A DNA stretch of 64,000 nt from Octopus vulgaris (taxonomy: Eukaryota), in contig OX597821.1 in assembly GCA_951406725.2 (NCBI GenBank), forward strand, positions 71,300,001-71,364,000, read 5' to 3'. Under the pieces are notes generated by a model, which was not told where the DNA came from, made no database searches, and saw only the letters and a list, made by a program, of their open reading frames with translations. The position numbers and the translations under genes were made by a program. Each line of letters opens with the position of its first letter. Within the stretch, counting starts at the first letter, position 1. This document shows, piece after piece, positions 54,121-64,000 of the stretch.

Positions 54121-54323
54121 GAGAGAGTTTACGAAAAAAAAACAAAAGACGAAGACAGGTGGTGTAGAAAACAAACAGATGTATTAGTATGACGCTCAGG
54201 AATAGAAAAAGTCTTTTACGTTTCGAGCCTACGCTCTTCTACAGAAAGGGACACAGAAAAAAACAAAGAGAGAAACAAAGAGAGAAAAAAATGTGTGTAG
54301 TGGCTACCGATCTATCATGGCGA

Positions 54324-54328
<5 letters not shown>
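54121..54328 (-). mobile_element. ~210-bp non-coding element with a minimal hammerhead-like motif
   Basis: cttt-CTGTAGA-aGAGCgtagGCTC-GAAA-c-GTA-aaag at 54213-54248. A partial copy lies at ~57040-57105. Adjacent to (TA)n. Confidence 0.7.
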
Positions 54329-54407
<79 letters not shown>

Positions 54408-54569
54408 TGTATGTATGTATGTATGTATGTATCACGAATGTCCCGTCTTTTTATGCCTCTCCTAATTATTGTTTCTCCTGTCCGTCTTTCTATCGTCTAT
54501 CTATCCGAATGTTTTATTGTTCTCTATCGCGTTTTCCTTCCATTTTATATATGTGTATGCATATATATA

Positions 54570-54605
<36 letters not shown>

Positions 54606-54676
54606 TGTATGTATGTATGTATGTATGTATGTATATATATATATGCATTTTTCTATACCTATCTAGCATGCTCTTA

Positions 54677-54720
<44 letters not shown>

Positions 54721-54817
54721 ATATATATATATATATATACACGCACACACTCGTATACAAAGAGAAAGAAGATTGATGCAGAGAGAAACAGAGTGAGAAA
54801 GAGAGAATGAGAGAGAG

Positions 54818-54935
<118 letters not shown>

Positions 54936-55758
54936 TGTAAGCAATAAATCAACGACTCTCTGAAATTTGCCGTCAGAGAAATGACACAAGAAAGAATTTC
55001 ATTAAAAGATTCAAAGAAAGAAAGATGTCACTTCAGACGAGTTTATGGCAAATTTTATGTCAATATGTGATTTATTTCTGCGTTTATGATTTATTTAGTT
55101 ATGCCTTTCATCACCACCCATCCACCCATCCATCCAGCCATCCATCCATATACATACATACGCATGTACATACATATGTGCATGTGTATATACATACATA
55201 CGTGTGTGTGTTTGAATGTATGTTTATGTATAGGTCTCTATCGCCAAGTATTTATTCACAATCAGACATTGTTTTAATTACGTAGGAGAATCAGATATGC
55301 ACAGATTATTAAGTAGCTGAGGAAATGATAAGCCTCTAATCTCAAGCCAACATCAACAGCAGTTAAAATCTCTTCCCTGATTCACTAAACTTCGTTGTTT
55401 CAACGCTAATTTATTTGAATGCAAACGGACAGTTATTAGTGTGAACGGTATGTTGACACTTGCTGTGATTGGCAAGACTTTCGCTTCGTTGCGTTTCGAG
55501 GAATTTCGCTTTAATTCTTTTTTCTTTTTTACTTGGAGCCGAGTGTTGGATGTGGAAGTTGGTTGGCACAAAGAATGGGTCCATGCGTATATACAATGGA
55601 ATCTTTATTTTACCGAATATTTCTTTTTCTTTAACACCTACTCCCTCTCCCATTCATACATGTATGCGTGCATATATGTCTGGTATACACTCGCGCACTG
55701 ATATGTATGCATATCAATGTATATATGTGTATTGGTACGTGTGTGCATATACACACAC

Positions 55759-55802
<44 letters not shown>

Positions 55803-56615
55803 TGTATTCGTGCGCGCGCGCATGTGTATGCCAGAGAAATTCTCAAAAGACATGGCGATACAACTCCCAAATTCAAAGACTGATGTTCGTCGAAAAGAGA
55901 GAGAGAGTTGTTGGAACATGGGACTGAATGAATGCCTAGTAGTCTTTGTTGTACCCCTCTGGGCCGTGAGTTCAATTCCTGTTTACTTTCCATCGCGATG
56001 AGATCGATAAAACCGAGCATATGAGTTAGAAGTTAAACAACCACCTAAGGGATAAAAAATAACTAATATACTACTGGATGCATACCTACGTGTTTATATC
56101 CCAATGCTTACTGTTGCATGGCATACTGTTGCATAGAGCAGTTGAATAATAGGTATGAGTGGCGGTAAGCAGAAATTTACCCAGAATTTACAAAGCAAAG
56201 AAGAAAATGGAGAAGATAATTTATTAATAAACATCAGCCTGCAAATATCAATTTTTATTTTTATTATTTTGTTGTTTTATTTTACTTCTTCACTGGTTTC
56301 ATTCTTACCATTTTGGACTCTCTAATGAAGCTTTGGAGCTCAATTATTGTCCAATTTCTGTTCAACCTTTATTCAACTTTAGCACAATCTCTCTATGATA
56401 TTGATATAAAGAGTCATCTTCGGCAGGGTGGAGCCCCAAATTAGGAACAGCTGTAAGGATACAGTATTATTCACTCATTTATTCTCATTAATTAATTAAT
56501 TTATTTTTATTTACTTATTTACACCTAATTGTAATTAATAAATAGATCGAATTGACGTTTGCAGACTGATGTTTGGTAATTATCTTCTCTATTTTCTTAT
56601 TTGTTTTATACATAC

Positions 56616-56661
<46 letters not shown>

Positions 56662-56985
56662 GGCGCAGGAGTGGCTGTGTGGTAAGTAGCTTGCTCACCA
56701 ACCACATGGGTCCTGGTTCAGTCCCACTGTGTGGCACCTTGGGCAAGTGTCTTCTACTATAGCCTGTGTGTGTGTGTGTGTCTGTGTCTGTGTCTGTGTT
56801 TGTCCCCCCAACATCGCTTGACAACCGATGCTGGTGAGTTTATGTCCTCGTAACTTAGTGGTTCGGCAAAAGAGACCGATAGAATAAGTACTAGGCTTAC
56901 AAAGAATAAGTCCTGGGGTCGATTTGCACGACTAAAGGTGGTGCTCCAGCATAGCCACAGTCAAATGACTGAAACAAGTAAAAGA
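56662..56985 (+). mobile_element. SINE family A, head to tail with an internal deletion
   Basis: GGCGCAGGAGTGGCTGTGTGGTAAG...GACTGAAACAAGTAAAAGA. Confidence 0.9.
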
Positions 56986-57000
56986 GTATATGTATATACA

Positions 57001-57033
<33 letters not shown>

Positions 57034-57139
57034 ATATAGTTTAAATTTACAAAAAAAAACAAAAAGACGAAGATAGGTATAGGAACAAGAAGCAGGTGTA
57101 TTAGCATATATGCCCGCGCGTGTGTGTGTGTGTGTACAA

Positions 57140-57300
57140 CGGACTTGCATATAATTTCCGTCTATCAAATTCACTCACAAGACATTAGTCCGCCCGGGGT
57201 TATAAATAAAAGATACTTGCCCAGAATACCACACGGTGGGACTGAACCCGAAACCACGTAGTTGCAAAGCGAGCTGCTCAACCACTGAGCTAGGCCTGCG
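57140..57300 (-). mobile_element. SINE family A, 5' part (diverged)
   Basis: TTTCCGTCTATCAAATTCACTCACAAG...GTGGGACTGAACCCG. Confidence 0.75.
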
Positions 57301-58016
57301 TCAAAGTAATTTATTTCCTCTCGTTCTTGCCACAGGTAAAGCATAACCCAAAACGTTATTTGATAGCTTGTAATCAGCTGACAGCATCAATTGTTATTTC
57401 GCGCAAGATGTCTATGTAATTATTTATGAATAGAAGTGTTGTAGACAAGATTCTCCAATTAACTGGTGTCATGTAAGTATTTGGAGCCAGATATATCTTT
57501 ACTACGAAATATCTGCTTACTTGTTAAACGAGCAACTAGTTTTCGCAAGGAGTCACACATGGGAATCTGTCTGACGGATCGACCCTAATATGCGTCGCAT
57601 GAAAACTCGAATGACTCGTTGGTAGGGTCCGCGTCTTCCACGAATATCTTAACATTAAGATGTAGACTTAAAGATATTGACTGAAAAGGAAAGAAGCAAC
57701 GAGCGAATCTACGTGTTCGAGAATAACGAGTGAATTTAATGGAGAATAGCTTAAAGGGAAATTAATAACGCAACAGTTTTATAAGAATATGAGGGTTGTA
57801 TTTTTATGGTTCGTGATAAGCGACGATGCGTAAAATAGGGGGCTGGAAAATAGGTTTTATCTCTGATATTTTCTCGACACTTGCACGGTTTTATTAATAT
57901 AAACCCTTTAGTGGCAGAGAAGATGATTCACTTGGATATCAAGTGCTTCTCTCTATGAAGGAATTGACATCCTCTCCCATTTTTATGTGCTTTAACTATC
58001 AACACTGCTCGCCCGA

Positions 58017-58116
<100 letters not shown>

Positions 58117-58149
58117 TTCTCTCTCTCTCTCTATCTATGTATCTCTCAG

Positions 58150-58211
<62 letters not shown>

Positions 58212-58679
58212 ACACTTCTTTTCTAATAAAATTGTTGAAGCTTAAAGAATGCTTTTATTATATTCTTTTATAACAATATTATGATAAGAGTTCCGTAGAT
58301 TCTATGCAACTACATTCTAAGAATAAATGGACGTACATATAGGTGTAGTGAATCAGTCAAACTAAATGATCTGCCAAAACGCACTTTGCAAAAGCAATCT
58401 GTAAGCAGAACAATGAAAATAGGCAAGAATTTTGTAAGTTCAATAAGTAAACCTTCAATGATGTTGTTATTCAGCTTCAAGTGATGGAATTTTGGCTTTT
58501 TTTTTCAGAAACTAATTTCTTCTTGAGAAAGAATTCAAATAATTGGAAATGAAAGACAGCATCCGTACATAACATTCGCCAATGACAAATGAAAGCAGAT
58601 GAAGGCTGCGCAACTTGTTGCTGGAGAACCTCAAAAGATTTTCTGATAGTGATTAAATGTCTGAGCTGTGCATTAGCAG

Positions 58680-58876
58680 ACTCCCTCCCGTCCCATCTAA
58701 TCGATGTTACCATTTACAGATGTACAGCGTGCCACACGTAAGATATGGAAATGATTGCAAAGCAACGGGGGGAAAAAGCGACCTGCTCAAAAGCACAACA
58801 CATCGCACGATCTGAGAATCGAAACCACAATCTTGTGATCTTGAGCTGCAACACCCTAACCACTAGGCCACGCACC
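58680..58876 (-). mobile_element. SINE family C (diverged)
   Basis: GAATCGAAACCACAATCTTGTGATC...CACCCTAACCACTAGGCCACGCACC. Confidence 0.7.
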
Positions 58877-59139
58877 TTTACTTACGAAATACATGCACAC
58901 ACACAGATACATATACATACATGCATATACATACATATACAGGCATGTGTGTGTAAGTATGGAAGCTCATTCACAAGTAGAACTGTGACAAAATAGTTGA
59001 GATGGTAACGTGGTAAGTTAAACAAACATAGCTAAATGGCGATTATAAGGCGTCATATATATAATGCCAAAACATAGTCATGGAGTTCAGTATTGTTTGT
59101 GTATAATGAATAGGAAATGGATCATGACAGCTGATAGAT

Positions 59140-59140
59140 T

Positions 59141-59203
<63 letters not shown>

Positions 59204-59231
59204 GTCGTCGTCGTCGTCATCGTCGTCGTCG

Positions 59232-59264
<33 letters not shown>

Positions 59265-59272
59265 CCATCGTT

Positions 59273-59315
<43 letters not shown>

Positions 59316-59414
59316 CCATCATCGTTATCATCATCATCATCGTTATCATCATCATCATCGTTATCATCATCCTCATCATAACTATCATTATCATTATTAT
59401 TATCATTATTATTA

Positions 59415-59472
<58 letters not shown>

Positions 59473-59520
59473 CATCATCATCATCATCATCATCGTCACC
59501 ATCATTATCATTATTATTGT
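59140..59520. repeat. (CAT)n/(CGT)n/(TAT)n compound microsatellite
   Basis: Seen directly. Confidence 0.95.
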
Positions 59521-59654
59521 TAGTATTAGTATTAATTCCATAAGTCTTATCTTGGTTTTTCTAGCAAAGAATATAAATGTTACTGACTCAGTCAGTGTTA
59601 AGATTTACTTAAGCAGAACAAACGAAGATATTTTAAAACAACAACAACAACAAC

Positions 59655-59724
<70 letters not shown>

Positions 59725-59903
59725 AAAAATTCCAACAATAATAATGATTTTTTATTGCCTAAGGAGGCCCCACACATGATCTCCAAAATAATTTTTCTGG
59801 ATGAACCTATTGGGTAATTATATTAGGAATAACAATAAAGAATATTACTATCATCATCATTACCGTCACTATCACCATCACTATCATCATCATCATCATC
59901 GTC

Positions 59904-59946
<43 letters not shown>

Positions 59947-59949
59947 CTG

Positions 59950-60250
59950 ATGATTTGACTCAGGTTTGTTCATGTCCCTGGTAGCGGGTTACTACCTCTA
60001 ACCTTAGGTATCCACAATCTTTCAATAGTCTTTCAAGTGCTTAAGACCCTCCTGATAACCTTCCCTGTCCACAAGAGGTCAACTTTCTGTAGAAGCTCTT
60101 CACGACATTCTGTTTCAATCTCCGTCAATCATTTGTCTACATCTTTACTCTCAATTCCCAATGCACCAGTCATTACAAGCCCAACCTTTACACCTTTCTT
60201 ACCTCCAAATTTTTACAATTTCAAACAAGGACTTCAGGTAGACATTACTT
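59950..60250 (-). mobile_element. R4/Dong-like 3' end
   Basis: VMTGALGI...ELLQKVDLLWTGKVIRRVLST*. The 3' end abuts (GAT)n. Confidence 0.7.
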
Positions 60251-60256
60251 TATGGC

Positions 60257-60351
<95 letters not shown>

Positions 60352-60352
60352 C

Positions 60353-60442
<90 letters not shown>

Positions 60443-60454
60443 CATCATCATCAC

Positions 60455-60520
<66 letters not shown>

Positions 60521-60534
60521 CATTATTATATTAA

Positions 60535-62010
60535 AAACTCACAGCTTATTTTGCTGTGTATGATGGAAAGTGTCAGCTGTCCGTAGCCAGCAGACAAAGG
60601 TGATACTTGTTTACTGGTCATGCTTCAAGAACCCTACGTAGAATTCTTGTAGTTCCCTAGCAATGCTGATTTTTGTAGGTGATCCTGTTGTCACCGGGGC
60701 ATGCTATGTCGATTATCATACATGTTCTTCTTTCTTTATTCACCACAGGAATGTCCGGTTTCCAGTGTCTGGTCAGCTGATCGCACTGGATCATTACATC
60801 CCACGCGATTTTGCTGTTCTCATTTTCGGTGACTCCCTCTGGGGTTTGTTCGTACCGCTCTTTGTAGGCCATGATTTCCAAAAAGCTCCTAATTGATCAT
60901 TCTTGTCACATTGTCATGAAGTCGTTTGTATTTCGCGTTGTGCCAATTTCAGACATTCGCTAACGATGTGCCATACCGTTTCACCCATTTCACCACACAT
61001 TCTGCGTTTGTTGCTATCGGTACTTCATATAATTGGTCCTTAACGCTTGTTCCTGAGCTGCGCATATGACTGTATTTGTCTCTATCTTCAGGCCTCTCCT
61101 CATAGCCACCGGTCCTCTGTATCTGTCTTGGCGTTCACATCTCTTGCAAACTGACCGAATATTTTTTCCTTCCATGCTTTTTCTTTTGTTTTTCTTTTTC
61201 TTTGTTCATTTCTTGTTTAAACTTTTCTTTAGTTACACAGCTGTCAGTTTTGATGACACCGGCCTTCTTCGCGTTTCAGCTGTGGCTCCATAGCATTTTT
61301 TATATTCCACCAGGAGCCGTTTTCCACTACTTCGATACAGTCCTAGCAACTGATCAAACCGCTCCCACTCTTTCTTCTGGACAAGTACAGCCTATCGGTA
61401 TCACTCTTAGGGTGTCAACATTTTCCTAGTCTTTTTATCCATTTTCTTCATTTCTCTCTTTTGCCATTTTATAATTACCGCTCCATACCGAAGTGATACT
61501 ATCGCCCACGTATTAACTACTGGGATTTTATTCCATCCAGTCAATTTTGAGCGCTGCACCAACCTCACTCTTCGGAAATACTACATTCTCAGTTGCTCTT
61601 TCATCTTTTCCATTATCTCGTTGCACTCTAGTACACCAACGTATTTGTATCCTTCTGTTTCAATTTGTCTAATCAAATCTCTATTCGGTAATTCTATCCC
61701 TGCTATAGACTGTACCTTGCCTCTTTTTAGGTAGATTATTCAGCACTTCTTGAGCTCAAATTCTATTCTAAACCAATACTAAAACAGGGGACTGAGTTCC
61801 CAAAGGTCCTCACTTGTGTCTCATCTTAGCCATGTAGTTTGAAATCATCCATGAAGAGGAGGTGGTTGATTGTTTGGGGTTATTCCTTTAGTTGGTACCC
61901 CAGGTTCATTTTCCTAAGTACCAAGGTCAGGGGTATCATGCAGAGAACGGAAAGCAACGCAGATAGACTGTCACACAGGAAAATACCTCTTCTGATACCC
62001 AGGGTGCCCA
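60535..62010 (-). mobile_element. R4/Dong-like non-LTR retrotransposon (RT, CCHC and RLE remnant)
   Basis: IRRGIFLCDSLSALL, LFMDDFKL, CRMCG..GETVWHIVSEC, KIAWD..IQCD...KPDI...IIDIACPGD and LGTTRILRRVL. The 3' end runs into (TAA)n. Confidence 0.9.
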
Positions 62011-63454
62011 TTGTTATTATTGTTGTTATTATTATTTTAAACAAAATTAACAAATATAAGAAATCTGACCTGAACTGAATTTCACCTCCACAAATCAACT
62101 CAGCATTTCAGAGTTCCCAGTTTTGGAGCAAACCTCACCAGAGTTTTGTGGTGGCTGATTCTATGAAAGGTATTGAGTCCCAGTAAATAGATAACTCTTG
62201 ATGAATCTCATTTAAGATCGCTAGATTCTGCCAATGCTCTAAATACCCAGCATCCAATAAAGAGAGACATTTTCCCGATACTGAAAACAAAATAAATAAA
62301 ATGCCACCGAACAAAGAAAAATATCAAATTGGCAGTTATGATAAAAACCAACAAAAACAACTTCTAATTTGTGAACTTGTTGAAAGAGTTTGAAGATGGC
62401 TGCACGATAAATTTAAGTCTATTTTTGTCGTCTATCGTATAAGTTGTAATCATCCTGGAATCGTACGTTATAGATTTATGTCGGAAAGTTTCCCATGTTA
62501 GGCTGCAGAAAGCCTTATAGGCATACAGGAGAAAAAGAAACTCCAACAGCTTTAAACTTTACTTCTAAAAGAGCTACAAAGTAAATCTTAACCGTTTCGT
62601 CCTTTATCGTGAGTTTTTTTTTAATATTACTTATTATCAGTTTATTATAATACGAAAATCTATTAGTGGCACACATTGGTAATCTATTAGTGGCGCATAT
62701 TCACAAAGAGAAGATTGAACAATTATTGCTTATAATAATAGACGTTATCAATAAATTCATCGACTCAGGCATGAAAGTGTGGTTAATAAACATCAACTGT
62801 TCTTCCTCTATTCGAAGAGGTTGAAAGCTAGTTACTTTTTATTCTAAAACGTTCGTAATGAGATGGACCAGAGCAAGTCCAAGAACAGGCTCCACTTGTC
62901 TGGAAGCACTTGCTGTTGCAGTTAAAGCTAGAATTTCCATACTTACATTACATTCAAACAGGCTGCCTTACTTACCGGCTACTTTTCTTTCATATGCTTG
63001 CCTGGTATTGAATTTAAAATACTCACCACCCCGATAAAATTCTTGGTTAACTTTAACCAACAGAGAGTTAATCTCGATAACAATCACATCACAATAAATG
63101 TTTTGTGTTCTTAACAGCACGAGACAAATCCTGTAGATTGGACGCTCAACGAATCAGTCAAATGCTTTCAATACACAAAGAGTTTAAAGTTGCTTAGAGA
63201 AATTATATCTGATGATAGTTTGGAAACAACACGCAATTTGGTTAGTCTGTCTAGTTCTACGAAAATATCCAATCCATCTCTGACCTTGGCACACAAAAAC
63301 ACTTCTATATTTATTGTTGTTTCTATAATAACAGAACAAAATTCTTATTTCTTATCATAATTAAATAAAAAAATAACAAATACAGTTGTTCTCTTTTTCA
63401 CATCTTTATAAACATTGGCAGGAAACTACTATATTTGTGTAGATATTCTTTTCT

Positions 63455-64000
63455 AATCTAGGCACAAGGCCTGAAATTTTGGGAGAGGAGGGACCAGTCG
63501 ATTAGATCGACCTCAGTACGCAACTGGTACTTAATTTATCGAACCCGTAAGGATGAAAGGCAAAGTCGACTTCGGCGGAATTTGAACTCAGAACGTAAAA
63601 ACAAGCGAAATAACGCTAACTATTTCGCCCGGCGAGCTAACGTTTCTTATTTTTTTACTGCCCACAAGGGGTTACACACAGAGGGGACAAACAAGAACAA
63701 AAAGATTAAGTCGATTATATCAACCACAGTGCATAACTGGTACTTATTTAATCGACCCCGAAAGGATGAAAGGCAAAGTCGACCTCGACGGAATTTGAAC
63801 TCAGAACGTAAAGACAGACGAAATACCTATTTCTTTACTACCCACAAGGGGCTAAACACAGAGGGGACAAACAAGGACAGACAAAGAGATTAAGTCGATT
63901 ACATCGACCCCTGTGCGTAACTGGTACTTAATTTATCGACCCCGAAAGGATGAAAGGCAAAGTCGATCTCGGCTGAATTTGAACTCAGAACGTAGCGGCA
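63455..64000 (-). mobile_element. SINE family B tandem array (runs off the window end)
   Basis: AAGGATGAAAGGCAAAGTCGA...GAATTTGAACTCAGAACGTA occurs three times at roughly 190-210 bp spacing. Confidence 0.9.

Noticed and set aside
63209-63230. CTGATGA-tagtttg-GAAAC
   Set aside because: No stem II or cleavage triplet; probably a chance match inside very decayed LINE-like sequence.

Overview
This is AT-rich, microsatellite-saturated eukaryotic non-coding DNA, probably intronic or intergenic. The SINE families, the density of (TA)n/(CA)n/(TAA)n/(TATG)n repeats and the transposon mix look like a cephalopod (Octopus-like) genome; that assignment is an inference. No intact protein-coding gene is supportable. 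Almost all ORF-track entries are microsatellite read-throughs or decayed transposon frames. Recognisable mobile elements: three tRNA-derived SINE families (about 25-30 copies), a full-length Hsmar1-like mariner, a DD41D and a DD37D Tc1/mariner, a Tc1 fragment, a piggyBac remnant plus MITE, a hAT remnant carrying a nested solo LTR, two inverted non-autonomous Helitrons, R4/Dong, HERO, CR1-like, L1/Tx1-like and RTE-derived non-LTR pieces, and several Penelope-like (GIY-YIG) remnants. The most interesting signal is a dense set of about 13 hammerhead-ribozyme-like motifs (CUGANGA...GAAA...GUH). Some sit on Penelope pseudo-LTRs and others on small ~200-bp non-coding units embedded in microsatellites (retrozyme-like). 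There is also a candidate HDV-like ribozyme fold at the 5' end of an RTE-derived element. Three short ATG-to-donor segments, all phase 2, may be alternative first exons of a + strand gene whose body lies outside the window. Boundaries were read by eye and are approximate unless TIRs or TSDs are stated.
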